A stretch of 64,000 nucleotides of DNA from Candidatus Latescibacterota bacterium (GCA_965242865.1 CBDETK010000013.1:3840001-3904000), one strand, 5' to 3'; counted from the first letter of the stretch, positions 11,029 to 22,849 are shown. A program made the numbers and translations. Notes: generated by a model not told the origin, from the letters alone.

Positions 11029-11622
11029 ATGCGCTTTTCCTCGGTCGAATTCAAAATTGGCGCGGTCCGCACGGCCGATCTGCCCAAGGACGGCTTGCCC
11101 GAAATCGCCCTAGTGGGCCGCTCCAATGTCGGCAAGTCCTCGCTGATCAACCGGCTGGTCCAGCGCAAGCAGTTGGCGCGCACGAGTGCCGTACCCGGCA
11201 AGACCCAGCAGTTAAATTACTACCTAGCCAATCGGCGGTTCTACTTGGTTGACTTGCCCGGTTACGGGTACGTGCGCGGCGGCGTGGGCTTGCGCTTGCA
11301 GCTCGGCCAGCTCATCCGCAGCTACATGGCCCAGCGCGCGGCATTGTGTGCCGTGTTGCAGCTCGTCGATGCCCGGCGCGGCCCCACCGATTTGGACCGG
11401 CAGATGATCGACCACTTGCGCGCGCTCGACAAGCCCTTCCTGTTGGTCTTTACCAAGGCCGATAAGCTGTCGCGCAACAAGCTGCAACGCCTGTTCGACC
11501 AGCTCGACGCCCAAGGATCGCTCGCCGGCCTTTCGTTTGTGCCCTTCTCGGCGGTCAATGGCCGCGGGCAGAACGACATCGCCGGGTGGATCGCCGAGGC
11601 ACTAAGCGGCAACGCAACCTGA
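11029..11622 (+). CDS. engB: Ribosome biogenesis GTPase YihA/YsxC
   Basis: GRSNVGKSSLIN, DLPGYGY, TKADK; follows clpX. Confidence 0.95.
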   Translation: MRFSSVEFKIGAVRTADLPKDGLPEIALVGRSNVGKSSLINRLVQRKQLARTSAVPGKTQQLNYYLANRRFYLVDLPGYGYVRGGVGLRLQLGQLIRSYMAQRAALCAVLQLVDARRGPTDLDRQMIDHLRALDKPFLLVFTKADKLSRNKLQRLFDQLDAQGSLAGLSFVPFSAVNGRGQNDIAGWIAEALSGNAT

Positions 11623-11632
11623 AGAGGACCCG

Positions 11633-13213
11633 TTGAAAGTATTGATCAGCGACAAAATGGACCCGCGCTGCGTCGAGATTCTCCAAGCCAATGCCGGGAT
11701 CACAGTGGATGTGTGCAGTGGGTTGTCGCCGAGCAGGCTCATAGACTGCATCGGCAACTACGAAGGACTCGTCGTGCGCAGCGCGACCAAAGTGACGGCC
11801 GAGGTGCTCGCCGCGGCGGCGCGCCTGCGGGTCATTGGCCGCGCTGGCACTGGCTTCGACAACATCGACGTACCAGCGGCCACGCGCCACGGCGTCATCG
11901 TCATGAATACCCCAGGCGGCAATTCCCTATCGACCGCCGAGCACACGTTCGCGCTCATAGCCTCCTTGGCGCGGCACATCCCCCAAGCGACGGCCTCGCT
12001 TAAAAAGGGGTTGTGGGAACGGAGCCAATTCGTCGGCGTTGAGCTGGCGGGCAAAACGCTCGCGGTGATCGGCTTGGGCCAAGTGGGGCGAGCCGTGGCG
12101 GCCCGCGCAGCGGCCTTTCAGATGGAGGTCCTCGGCTACGATCCCTACATCGGCCAAGAGGTCGCCCTTTCCTGCGGCGCGCAGCTCGCCTCCCTCGACG
12201 CCATCTACGCGACCGCGGATTTTATCACCGTCCACACCCATCTCAACGACCAGACCCGGCACCTGATTTCCGACGCCGAGCTCGCGCAGTGCAAAGACGG
12301 GGTCTATCTAATCAACTGCGCCCGCGGCGGCATCGTGGACGAGGCGGCCCTCCTGCGCGGCTTGAACGCCGGCAAGGTCGCCGGCGCGGCCTTAGATGTC
12401 TTTGAGGAGGAGCCACCGCCCCTCGCGGACCTCTTGGTTGACGACCGCGTGATCTGCACGCCGCATTTGGCGGCCTCCACCAAAGAAGCCCAAGCCAACG
12501 TCGCCTTGCAGGTGGCCGAGCAGGTCGGCGATGTGCTGATGGGCCGCGTCATTCGCAACGCGGTCAACGCCCCTTCGGTCGATCCCGAAACCTACGGCAA
12601 ACTACAGCCGTACCTCGGGCTAGCCGAGCGGCTAGGGCGCATACAAGCCCAACTCGGCGCGGGCCAGCTAGAGCGCATCACCATCGAATACCAAGGCGAC
12701 GTCACGGCCTACCCCACTTCGCCGCTGACCTCGGCCGTCCTCAAGGGCATTATGGAGACCGTGTCGGACGCATCCGTCAATGTGGTCAACGCGCTGCTCT
12801 TCGCGCAGGAGCGCGGCGTACAAGTCGATGAGCGGCTCAGTAGCGAGCACGAGGACTACGCCAGTCTCATCACGGTGGTGTACCACACCCACTTGGGGCA
12901 ACGCCTGCTCGCCGGCACGCTCTTCGGCAAGAGCGACCCGCGCCTCGTGCGCCTCGACGAGTACAGCTTTGACGCCGCCCCAGAGGGGCACATGCTCTTT
13001 TACGTCAACGACGATGTGCCGGGCATCATCGGCCAAATCGGCACGGTCATGGGGAGCCACGAGGTCAACATCGCCCAAATGTCGTGCGGGCGGCGCCAGA
13101 TGGGCGGTCAAGCACTGACCATCCTCAACGTCGATGACCCCATCACCACCGATGTAGTTGACGATATTCTCTCTCGGGAGTACATCTCCTGGGCCAAACA
13201 AGTCAGTCTTTAA
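11633..13213 (+). CDS. serA: D-3-phosphoglycerate dehydrogenase
   Basis: VRSATKVT, GRAGTGFDNID, INCARGG, TPHL; C-terminal ASB/ACT domains. Confidence 0.95.
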   Translation: MKVLISDKMDPRCVEILQANAGITVDVCSGLSPSRLIDCIGNYEGLVVRSATKVTAEVLAAAARLRVIGRAGTGFDNIDVPAATRHGVIVMNTPGGNSLSTAEHTFALIASLARHIPQATASLKKGLWERSQFVGVELAGKTLAVIGLGQVGRAVAARAAAFQMEVLGYDPYIGQEVALSCGAQLASLDAIYATADFITVHTHLNDQTRHLISDAELAQCKDGVYLINCARGGIVDEAALLRGLNAGKVAGAALDVFEEEPPPLADLLVDDRVICTPHLAASTKEAQANVALQVAEQVGDVLMGRVIRNAVNAPSVDPETYGKLQPYLGLAERLGRIQAQLGAGQLERITIEYQGDVTAYPTSPLTSAVLKGIMETVSDASVNVVNALLFAQERGVQVDERLSSEHEDYASLITVVYHTHLGQRLLAGTLFGKSDPRLVRLDEYSFDAAPEGHMLFYVNDDVPGIIGQIGTVMGSHEVNIAQMSCGRRQMGGQALTILNVDDPITTDVVDDILSREYISWAKQVSL

Positions 13214-13228
13214 GCACGGGAGTACGCA

Positions 13229-14506
<1,278 letters not shown>

Positions 14507-14507
14507 C

Positions 14508-15413
14508 ATGCTCCTCAAGGGCCGTTCCGCATCAAAGCCGCGCACCTTGCGCCGCCTCATCGCCGAAAAAACCGTGGCCCTGCCCGGGGCCTTTAACGCG
14601 CCCGTGGCCATGCTGGCCGAGCGCACCGGGTTTGAGGCCGTGTACATTTCCGGGGCCGGGCTGGCCAACGGCACGGCCGGCTATCCCGATGTGGGCCTGT
14701 TGGGCCTAGACGAAATGGCGCGGCAGGCCGGCTACATTGCCAACGCCGTGCAAGTGCCCTGCATCTGCGACGCAGACACCGGGTTTGGCGAGGTCTGGCA
14801 GGTGATGCGCACGGTGCGCGCTTATGAGCGCGAGGGCTTGGCCGGGTTGCACATAGAGGACCAAGTCATGCCCAAGCGCTGCGGCCATCTCGACGGCAAG
14901 GCCCTGATCGGGGCGGCGGACATGGAGCGCAAGATCGCCGCGGCCTGCGAGGCGCGGCAAGACCCGGACTTTGTGATCATCGCCCGCTGCGACGCCCGCG
15001 CGGTCGAGGGGTTTGAGCAGAGCGTCGAGCGCGGCCAACGCTACCTAGCGGCCGGCGCGGACGCGGTCTTTCCCGAAGCCATGCAGAGCCGCGAGGAATT
15101 TGCCCGCTACGCCGAGCGCGTCCAAGGCCCGCTCCTCGCCAACATGACTGAATTCGGCAAATCGCCGCACCTGTCGGTCGCGGAGTTCGCCGCCCTCGGC
15201 TATCGCCTCGTGATCTTTCCGCTGAGCGCGTTCCGCACCATGATGAAGGCCGTCGAAGGGCTGTTCCGCGAACTCAAGGAAAAGGGCACTTTAGAAGGTG
15301 CCCTCGGGCGGATGCAGACGCGGGACGAGCTCTACGAGCTACTCGGCTACCACGAATACACCCAATTAGACGCGGCGTTGGCCGCCCGCTTTCCCGAAAA
15401 GGACAACCCATGA
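14508..15413 (+). CDS. prpB: 2-methylisocitrate lyase
   Basis: DADTGFG, IEDQ..PKRCGH, ANMTEFGK. Confidence 0.92.
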   Translation: MLLKGRSASKPRTLRRLIAEKTVALPGAFNAPVAMLAERTGFEAVYISGAGLANGTAGYPDVGLLGLDEMARQAGYIANAVQVPCICDADTGFGEVWQVMRTVRAYEREGLAGLHIEDQVMPKRCGHLDGKALIGAADMERKIAAACEARQDPDFVIIARCDARAVEGFEQSVERGQRYLAAGADAVFPEAMQSREEFARYAERVQGPLLANMTEFGKSPHLSVAEFAALGYRLVIFPLSAFRTMMKAVEGLFRELKEKGTLEGALGRMQTRDELYELLGYHEYTQLDAALAARFPEKDNP

Positions 15414-16540
15414 CCGACCAATCCTACAGCCCCGGCCTCGAAGGCGTCATCGCCGGCGAGTCCGCCCTTTCGCGCATCGATCTCGAAATCAACCGCCTGA
15501 TCCTGTACGGCTACGACCTCGTGGAACTGACCGAAAACGCCCGCTACGAAGAGGTCGCTTACTTGCTGCTCTACGGCGAGTTGCCAACCGTTGCCGAGCT
15601 GGCGGCCTTCAACCAACAACTGCGCTCGCAGCGCGACCTGCCCGGCCCGGTGATCGAGCTGTTGCGCTCCGCGCCGGCAGACGCCCATCCGATGGACCTG
15701 CTGCGCACGGCCGTGTCGGCGCTGGCGTTTTTCGACGCTGAGACCCGCGACAACGCCCATCAAGCCAATGTGCGCAAGGCCGTGCGCCTGCTGGCCAAAA
15801 TTCCCACCGCCCTCGCTTACGGCTATCGCTTCTCGCAAAACCTAGAGCCGGTAGCCCCCAGCCCGGAGCTAGACCACGCGGCCAATTTGCTCTTCATGCT
15901 GCGCGGCGACCAACCGCCCGCGTACGAAGTAGAGGCCCTGAACGTCTCGCTGATACTCTACGCCGAGCACGGGTACAACGCCTCGGCCTTTACCGGGCGG
16001 GTGGTGGCCTCGACCTTGGCCGATCTGTACGCGGCCGTGACCGCGGCCATCGGCGCCCTGCACGGCCCCCTGCACGGCGGCGCCAACGAGGCCGCCATGC
16101 AGATGCTCTTGGAGGTGGATTCGCCGGCCGCGGCCGAGCAGTGGGTCCTCGACGCACTGGCGCAGAAGAAGAAGATCATGGGCTTTGGCCATCGGGAATA
16201 CAAAAGCGGCGACTCGCGGGTCCCGACGATGAAGAAGGTGGGCCGTCAGATCGCCACGGCCATCGGCGACACCCAGTGGCCCGACCTAGCCGATGTGGTC
16301 GAGGCGACGATGATGCGCGAAAAAGGAATTTTCCCCAACGTCGATTTCCCCTGCGCGTACACCTACTACATGATGGGCATTCCGATTCCGCTCTACACGC
16401 CCATCTTCGTGGCCAGCCGCGTGGTGGGCTGGGCGGCGCACGTGATCGAGCAGCACGACGCCAATAGGCTCATTCGCCCCAACCACATCTACACCGGGCC
16501 GGAGCACCGCGCATTTGTCGCGCTCGGCGAGCGGGGCTAG
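15410..16540 (+). CDS. prpC: 2-methylcitrate synthase / citrate synthase
   Basis: GLEGVIAGES, AEHGYNAS, GPLHGGAN, MGFGHR, PNVDF; coupled to prpB. Confidence 0.88.
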   Translation: MTDQSYSPGLEGVIAGESALSRIDLEINRLILYGYDLVELTENARYEEVAYLLLYGELPTVAELAAFNQQLRSQRDLPGPVIELLRSAPADAHPMDLLRTAVSALAFFDAETRDNAHQANVRKAVRLLAKIPTALAYGYRFSQNLEPVAPSPELDHAANLLFMLRGDQPPAYEVEALNVSLILYAEHGYNASAFTGRVVASTLADLYAAVTAAIGALHGPLHGGANEAAMQMLLEVDSPAAAEQWVLDALAQKKKIMGFGHREYKSGDSRVPTMKKVGRQIATAIGDTQWPDLADVVEATMMREKGIFPNVDFPCAYTYYMMGIPIPLYTPIFVASRVVGWAAHVIEQHDANRLIRPNHIYTGPEHRAFVALGERG

Positions 16541-17067
16541 CCACAGCCGCGCACGGCCAGCAACCAAGACCGCACAGAGAGCAAGAAACGCTGCACGTCA
16601 TCGCCCCGGTAGTCGGGATACGTCCACTCCAGAGGCTGGTAGCGTCCCCGCTGATAGAGCAGGGTCACCTCGGCGTAGAGCTGGGGGGCAATGCACACTC
16701 GGTGTCCAGCACCCTTGGTCGTAGCCAACATCAAGCTCTCGATTGAGAGCAGGCCCGGGTCGATATTGGCGCGGCGGCATCGCCCTTGGCTCATCGCCCG
16801 CTCCAGCGCCATGGTCTGCGCCTTGACGACCGCCAGTTCGGCCGGGTCGATCCGCTCGGCAAAGCACACGAGCTGTTTGCGGAGTCCCGCGCCCATTTCC
16901 GCTTCGTAGTACGAGGAAAAATCAAAATTGTATGTCGCACTCGCCGCCCGCAGGGGGCCGAAGCATTCGACGAGGCGTTCTGTGGCGTCGGCAAGCGTCT
17001 CCGCAGAGTTCGCTAATACCGCGCAGACTAGGGCGACGGGCGTGGAGGGTTGGAGATCAATGGGCAT
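16537..17067 (-). CDS. DUF4416 family protein
   Basis: F..SYYE.EMG..L, R..NIDPG, A.HR, WTYPDY motifs. Confidence 0.8.
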   Translation of the reverse strand: MPIDLQPSTPVALVCAVLANSAETLADATERLVECFGPLRAASATYNFDFSSYYEAEMGAGLRKQLVCFAERIDPAELAVVKAQTMALERAMSQGRCRRANIDPGLLSIESLMLATTKGAGHRVCIAPQLYAEVTLLYQRGRYQPLEWTYPDYRGDDVQRFLLSVRSWLLAVRGCG

Positions 17068-17127
17068 CTTGCAACCCCTGCGGCGGGATTGGGAGAGTAG
17101 TTGGGGATGTAAGGTAATCTAAGGGTT

Positions 17128-18258
17128 TCAAGCCGAGTCGTCTGGCCTGATATCTTCCAGTATAATATGTTCGCTAGTACGAACACCTTGTATTATCACG
17201 TGCGAACCCCACATAGGACGCACAATGTCATTCATCATACCTTGTGGCACCTGTACGGTGTGGTTTTCGTTTCCGTCAATAACTTGTATGACACTGCTGT
17301 CTTTGCGCATCGCATCCGCGTGGCGTAATATTCCGCGTATTTCTACAGGTTCGCTTGGAGTCTGCTGCGGCTCGACCTGCGGCACCAGCATTTCTGGTGG
17401 CAGCGATGGAAGCTCCGCCGCCGGTATGGTAAGCCCTACAGAACGTTGTTCTCCGCTGCGAATTGCGGTAAACCCTACTTGGCTGATTCGCTCGCCATCG
17501 GGTGCGATTTTTCTCGCCAGAACAAAGAAGTTTCGCAGATAAGCGGGGTCGGGAATGCGCTGCTGTATTTCGGTAGTGCGGGACGTATTGACCAACCTGA
17601 GCAGATCCATAAACTCATCGATGATAGCAGTAGTCTCAAGCATTCTGTGCGAAGGTGGTTGAAGGGACTTGCCGAATCTAAGCGTCACTGCAAAACTTCC
17701 GCTCCTAGGCACGGAAACTAGCGTTTGGTAATTTTCCCGTATTGCTTTGGGTACACTCCCTCTCTCTCGGAAAGGCCGGCTTTGCCTTCGCTCAACAGTG
17801 CGGTAAATCAGTTTTGAGGCACTACTGATACGCTCATATATTTCCTCTACGTTGACAAAACCATTCCCCACTTCTCGACCTGAGAGACTCATCTGAATCT
17901 CATCCTCCTGCAAAGTAATGCCTTTCAGGTCGAGGTGCCTTTGGAAGTGGAGCTGTTCCCAAAGGTCGCGCAACTCCTCTGCAATCGCTGGATGCGGTTC
18001 CTGCGCTAGGGCAGTGGCTACTATTTTCTCGGCTTGGCGAAAATCTCGACAATCCAATGCCAAAGTACCAGCACTGCGATGCAACACCGCCCAAGCCAAT
18101 CCCTCTGTTGTGTCCAGTTTGTCAATAGCAGCCAATTCATATTCGAGTGCCTGCTCAAAATACACCCGTGATTCTTTCGCATTGCCGTGCGCCCTTTTTT
18201 TTAAGCCGCGGTCTGCGAATTCCATAGCCTTTTTGTGAAGATCATTAACCGAGTTCAT
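17128..18258 (-). CDS. Hypothetical protein, helical TPR-like N-terminus (HRSAGTLALDC) and beta-rich C-terminus
   Basis: 376-aa ORF, visibly lower GC, ATGA-coupled to the upstream gene. Confidence 0.75.
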   Translation of the reverse strand: MNSVNDLHKKAMEFADRGLKKRAHGNAKESRVYFEQALEYELAAIDKLDTTEGLAWAVLHRSAGTLALDCRDFRQAEKIVATALAQEPHPAIAEELRDLWEQLHFQRHLDLKGITLQEDEIQMSLSGREVGNGFVNVEEIYERISSASKLIYRTVERRQSRPFRERGSVPKAIRENYQTLVSVPRSGSFAVTLRFGKSLQPPSHRMLETTAIIDEFMDLLRLVNTSRTTEIQQRIPDPAYLRNFFVLARKIAPDGERISQVGFTAIRSGEQRSVGLTIPAAELPSLPPEMLVPQVEPQQTPSEPVEIRGILRHADAMRKDSSVIQVIDGNENHTVQVPQGMMNDIVRPMWGSHVIIQGVRTSEHIILEDIRPDDSA

Positions 18259-18779
18259 TGCTTTTTTATTTCGGCAAGTGGCCGCCCGAATTCAACCACG
18301 ATTGCGTAAGCCGGTAATCCCAGAGCATTCGACCGATTCATCTGGCGCAATTTCTCCTGCACTCTTGCCCTGACTTGGCTGTCATTGCCATTTCGGATGC
18401 CGGATACTTCCATCCTTGCTTTGGAGTCTAGCACCCCCTCTCCGAGCTCCTCTCCGAGCAAATAATCGAATCCAGTGCCCTTTCGCGAACGCGATACAAC
18501 CGCGTAACCGATTTCCCGACTTGCCAGCAGGATGGCAATGCCGGCAGCACCGTCTTCGGTAGCTTCCTGATCGTCATTCCAAGTCCGGCGGGCTTGATTT
18601 GTGACCGGCGGCCAGTCTAGCCGATAGCTATTACTAACGCCATTGCGAACAGTAAGGCAAGCACCTCGTAGGTGACCCTGAGATTCTAGGCAAACGGCTC
18701 CGGCTTCGGCCAACTCGTTGCCCTTTGCCCGTGTGATACCGGGGATACTGTCAGTGTCCAGTTCGTTCAAATCCAGCAT
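18255..18779 (-). CDS. Hypothetical protein, possible restriction-endonuclease-like (PD-(D/E)XK) fold
   Basis: 174-aa ORF; EATE...GTGFDY...RMEVSG pattern; lower GC. Confidence 0.7.
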   Translation of the reverse strand: MLDLNELDTDSIPGITRAKGNELAEAGAVCLESQGHLRGACLTVRNGVSNSYRLDWPPVTNQARRTWNDDQEATEDGAAGIAILLASREIGYAVVSRSRKGTGFDYLLGEELGEGVLDSKARMEVSGIRNGNDSQVRARVQEKLRQMNRSNALGLPAYAIVVEFGRPLAEIKKQ

Positions 18780-19024
18780 TTACCAATCCAGGAGTCGGAT
18801 CATGCGGTTGCCTCTTCGCCCAATGCAGTGCCCTTGACACGGCAGAGGTCTTTGAATAGGGAGTTTTGGTCTGTTAGTCAAGTAATATAATTCCTTTTGA
18901 ACATCGGCAAATGGGCAAATACAGCAGCTCCGAATTGTCCTTCAGTTTGTACTCGTTGCGTTTACAGCGCAAATCCTAGACATTGATCACTGATCACCAG
19001 AAATTACCATCAGGAAAGGCCACT

Positions 19025-20083
19025 ATGCGCGTAGAAGATCTCGACACGCCTGCCCTCCTCGTCGATCTCGACGGCTTGGAGGACAACCTCGACCGCTATC
19101 AACGCTACTTTGACGAGCACGGCATTGGCTTGCGGCCCCACATCAAAACCCACAAATGCGTGGCCATGGCCCATCTGCAAATGCGGCGTGGCGCGATCGG
19201 CATCACCTGCCAGAAGCTCGGGGAGGCCGAGGTCATGGCGGCGGGTGGGGTCGATCGCGACATTCTGATTCCCTACAACATCATCGGTGCCCAAAAACTG
19301 GCACGGCTGGTCGCGCTGGCGCGGCAAACCCGGCTAACGGTGGCGGCCGATTCCGCCTATACCGTGCAGGGGCTGGCCGAGGCTACCGCGGCCGCGGGCG
19401 TCACCTTGGGGGTGGTCGTCGAACTCGATCGCGGGCGCACGGGCGTAGGCTCGCCTGCGGCTGCAGTGGCCCTAGGCGAAAAAATTGATCGGGCCACCAA
19501 CATCGAGCTCCGAGGCATCATGTCCATGCCAGCGACGCCAGACATGCGACCGCTCATCCAAGAGACGCTAGCGCACTTTGACCGCCAGGGCCTGCCGCAT
19601 CCCATAGTCAGCGGCGGCAGCACGCCGGGTGCATTTATGGCGCACGAGATTCCCGAACTGACCGAGTACCGAGCCGGCGAGTACCCAGTCGGCGGCGTCG
19701 GCCATCTCCGCAGAGGCACCCACAGCGTCGAGCAGTGTGCTGGCCGGGTGCTGATGACCGTGGTCAGCCGGCCGACCGCGGACCGCGCCATCCTCGACGG
19801 GGGCAGCAAGTCGCTCAGCGCCGCGGTCCATCGCGCAGAGGATGGCTCGTCCATCATGGGCCACATCGTCGAGTACCCCCAAGCCGTCTTTTGCGGGGCC
19901 TCAGAGGAGCACGGGCAGGTCGATCTATCGGCCTGCGACGATAAGCCCCAAATCGGCGAACAGGTACAGGTGTTGCCCGTTCATCCCTGCCCCTGCTTCA
20001 ACGAACACGACCAGATCGTTGCCGTGCGCGGCGGCCGAGTGGAAGCCATCTGGCCGGTGGACGCCCGCGGGCAGATACGCTGA
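19025..20083 (+). CDS. Fold-type III PLP enzyme, D-threonine aldolase/D-serine dehydratase (DSD1) family
   Basis: DTPALLVDLD, RPHIKTHKC (PLP lysine), LDGGSKSL, SEEHG, PVHPC. Confidence 0.88.
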   Translation: MRVEDLDTPALLVDLDGLEDNLDRYQRYFDEHGIGLRPHIKTHKCVAMAHLQMRRGAIGITCQKLGEAEVMAAGGVDRDILIPYNIIGAQKLARLVALARQTRLTVAADSAYTVQGLAEATAAAGVTLGVVVELDRGRTGVGSPAAAVALGEKIDRATNIELRGIMSMPATPDMRPLIQETLAHFDRQGLPHPIVSGGSTPGAFMAHEIPELTEYRAGEYPVGGVGHLRRGTHSVEQCAGRVLMTVVSRPTADRAILDGGSKSLSAAVHRAEDGSSIMGHIVEYPQAVFCGASEEHGQVDLSACDDKPQIGEQVQVLPVHPCPCFNEHDQIVAVRGGRVEAIWPVDARGQIR

Positions 20084-20092
20084 AAGGAGCGC

Positions 20093-20800
20093 ATGGTGGA
20101 TTTTGCCGCACTGAGCGAAAAATTGCAACGAGCGAGCACGGCGACCTTGACGTCCGTGCTCCGCAACAAGGGACTGCACAATACCTTTATGCACCCAGTC
20201 GCGCCCCTCAAGCCCGACATGCAGTTGGTTGGACGGGCCTTTACCCTGCGCTACATCCCGGCGCGCGAAGACCTCGACGAAGGGCCGGTGGACAACCTAA
20301 AAGATGTGCAGCGGATCGGCATTGAGCAGGTGACGGCCGGCGACGCCTTCGTCATTGATGCCCGCGGCGACACCCGGGCCGGGACCATGGGGTCCATCTT
20401 AGCAGCGCGGCTGCAAGTGCGGGGCTGCGCGGGAATCGTCACCGACGGGGCCTACCGCGACTCCCCGACCATTGCCGCGTCGGGGTTGCCCGCCTACTCA
20501 GCGGCCATGAACGCCCACACCAACAAAACCATCCACCACCCCAGCGAAATCCAAGTGCCCATTGCCTGTGGCGGAGTGGCGGTTTTCCCCGGCGATGTAC
20601 TCGTCGGCGATGGCGAAGGGGTCGTAGTCATCCCGGCCCACTTGGCCGAGGAGGTCGCCATCGAGGCCGCGGAGATGGAAGAAAAGGAGCGCTTCATCGC
20701 GAAGAAAATCCGCGCTGGGGCCAGCATCGTCGGCACCTATCCCCCCGACGAGCAGACCTTGGCCGAGTACCAAGCCTCGAAAACAAACCAATCCACCTAA
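20093..20800 (+). CDS. RraA-like / HMG aldolase family protein
   Basis: GRAFTLRY, VTDGAYRD, CGGVAVFPGDVLVGDGEGVVVIP. Confidence 0.88.
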   Translation: MVDFAALSEKLQRASTATLTSVLRNKGLHNTFMHPVAPLKPDMQLVGRAFTLRYIPAREDLDEGPVDNLKDVQRIGIEQVTAGDAFVIDARGDTRAGTMGSILAARLQVRGCAGIVTDGAYRDSPTIAASGLPAYSAAMNAHTNKTIHHPSEIQVPIACGGVAVFPGDVLVGDGEGVVVIPAHLAEEVAIEAAEMEEKERFIAKKIRAGASIVGTYPPDEQTLAEYQASKTNQST

Positions 20801-20831
20801 GTACGCGACATTTGCGTTGCCGCTGCGTCCG

Positions 20832-20858
20832 GGATCGAGGGCGTCTCGCCCTCGATCC
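20832..20858. repeat. REP-like palindrome, family GAGGGCG-NNN-CGCCCTC, copy 1
   Basis: GGATCGAGGGCG-TCT-CGCCCTCGATCC between convergent genes; related copy at 43194. Confidence 0.55.
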
Positions 20859-20888
20859 TTAGGAAGGCGAGCCGCTGGTGTCGCGTAG

Positions 20889-22229
20889 TTAGCCCAGTCG
20901 GCCGCGCAACCAGCGCGCTAGATCCGCGACCACAGCGGGAGCGGTCGCGGCGATGTTGTGCAACTCGTCGGGGTCCTGCCCAAGGTCGTAGAGTTCGTCG
21001 CAGTCGTTGTAATTCTCGATGTACTTGTGGGTAGCCGTGCGAATGCAGCGGAAGTTGTGCAGGGCCGCGACGGTCGCTTGGCGATGCGCGTCGGTCTGGG
21101 CGTTGAGAATCGGTTGCAGCGAGCGAGCGTCCATGGCTGGCTGCGGCGTTAGCCCGGCGAAATCGCATATCGTGGCGTTGAGGTCGATGAGTTCGCACAG
21201 CGCGTCACTGACGCGGCCCCCGGCGATATTCGGCCCGGCAATGATCAGGGGTACGCGCAAGCTGGCCTCGTAGGCCGCGCTCTTGGTGTACAGCCCGTGG
21301 TCGCCGAGCAATTCGCCGTGGTCCGAGGAGAAAATGATGTAGGTGTTGTCGAGCTGACCGCGCTTTTCGAGCGCGTCGAGGATCTGGCCGATCTGGTCGT
21401 CAATAAGCTCGATGGCCGCGCAGTACTGGCGACGGGTTTGGGCGATTTGGTCGGGCGTGAACTCGGCGGCGCGTTTCTTGATCCACTCGGGTTTGCCAGC
21501 GAGGGAGTCGCTGATGGCCGGGGGCATGGCCGCGTTGCGGTAGCGGTCGCCGTATTGGGCAGGCGGGTCAAAGGGATCGTGCGGGCCGACGAAGCTGACG
21601 AAGTAGTGCCAAGGGAAGTCGTCGGGCACATTGGCAATCCACTCGGCCGCGCGCCGGCCAATGTAAGCGTCCTCAAAGTCCTCGCTGGCCAGCGGCGAGT
21701 CGCGGCAGTCGGCAATCCACTCGGCCGCGGCGCGTCGTCGATAGTCTTGGTGAAACGCCGCCAACTGCCCTTTGGCGGCTAGGTAGTGCGTATAGGGGCC
21801 AATCGGCGTGGGCGAGGCACCGGCGTGCATTTTGCCTTCGCATTCCTCGGGATGGGTAAAGCCCCAGCTGTAGGCATAGGGCCGGTCGCCGTAGCGGCCA
21901 TTGTAGCCATCGGATTTGCGGAGGTCGAGCTTGCCGACGCAGCCGACGCGGTAGCCGGAGTCGCGCAGCCGCTGATAGTACGTGGTGGTGCCCAAGGGCA
22001 GCCGGCCCGAATTGTCTAGGCAGCCGAGACGGCTCGGTTGCAGGCCAGAGGCCAAGCCGATCCGCGCTGGGGCGCAAACGGGTGCGTTGGTGGTGCATTG
22101 GGTAAAGCGGACGCCCGCAGCCGCGAGGCGGTCGAGATGGGGCGTCCGCACGAAGTCGGCACCGGCCGTGCCGAGGTAGTCGTGGCGGTGTTGATCATCC
22201 ATGATGAAAAGTATATTGGGACGAGGCAT
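20889..22229 (-). CDS. Sulfatase (formylglycine-dependent, Cys type)
   Basis: RPNILFIMDDQH, CAPAR (CxPxR), GK.D, SDHGE.LGDHG, ELYDL..DPDE..N. Confidence 0.93.
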   Translation of the reverse strand: MPRPNILFIMDDQHRHDYLGTAGADFVRTPHLDRLAAAGVRFTQCTTNAPVCAPARIGLASGLQPSRLGCLDNSGRLPLGTTTYYQRLRDSGYRVGCVGKLDLRKSDGYNGRYGDRPYAYSWGFTHPEECEGKMHAGASPTPIGPYTHYLAAKGQLAAFHQDYRRRAAAEWIADCRDSPLASEDFEDAYIGRRAAEWIANVPDDFPWHYFVSFVGPHDPFDPPAQYGDRYRNAAMPPAISDSLAGKPEWIKKRAAEFTPDQIAQTRRQYCAAIELIDDQIGQILDALEKRGQLDNTYIIFSSDHGELLGDHGLYTKSAAYEASLRVPLIIAGPNIAGGRVSDALCELIDLNATICDFAGLTPQPAMDARSLQPILNAQTDAHRQATVAALHNFRCIRTATHKYIENYNDCDELYDLGQDPDELHNIAATAPAVVADLARWLRGRLG

Positions 22230-22382
22230 TGGAGAGTTCCTTGGGGTTTTAGGTAGTTGCCGAATCCAGCCCAATCTATCCCGCCGCTAGTCTCGCTTCA
22301 AGGGCGGCCATTGTGCGGCGATCCAAGCGGGCGGATATTGAAGGCGCGTACTATCGTTCAGATTGCAGCAAAGGAGATATAA

Positions 22383-22847
22383 ATGGCTAAACTACTTGAA
22401 GAGCTACTCAAGCAGAAGCGAGCGCAACAGGAAGCGTCGGAGTTTGCACATATAGCAGTTCGTCAGGAATGGATATCCAACTGCGAAAATCTCATGTCGA
22501 GGATAACTGAATGGTTGCAGCCGCTTGAAGACAAAAACTGGCTGGAGATTCAGTCAGAGGATATTCTGATTCGGGAAGACCAGCTTGGGGATTACGCAAC
22601 CCGATCTTTACGACTCATCTTTTTAGACAGCCAGATTCTCACCTTCAAACCAGTTGGGCGTTTCATCATAGGTGCTCAAGGGCGCGTCGATGTCATCTCG
22701 GGAAGCACCCTTCTCGCAATGCTGCTCTATAGAGAAAATGACGAGTGGGAATTTGCGAGGCGAGAGGGCAGATATGGAAAACCCGTCCGATGGGCATTCA
22801 ATAGAAGTACCTTAGAGGAATTTCTGGTTGAGTTCTTAGAAGAGTAA
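22383..22847 (+). CDS. Hypothetical protein
   Basis: 154-aa ORF with AAGGAG RBS; lower GC; PVG..IIGAQGRVD segment. Confidence 0.75.
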   Translation: MAKLLEELLKQKRAQQEASEFAHIAVRQEWISNCENLMSRITEWLQPLEDKNWLEIQSEDILIREDQLGDYATRSLRLIFLDSQILTFKPVGRFIIGAQGRVDVISGSTLLAMLLYRENDEWEFARREGRYGKPVRWAFNRSTLEEFLVEFLEE

Positions 22848-22849
22848 AA

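Noticed and set aside
14508-16540. prpB-prpC without prpD as a novel pathway
   Set aside because: prpD or acnD may lie elsewhere in the genome; this cannot be judged from one window.
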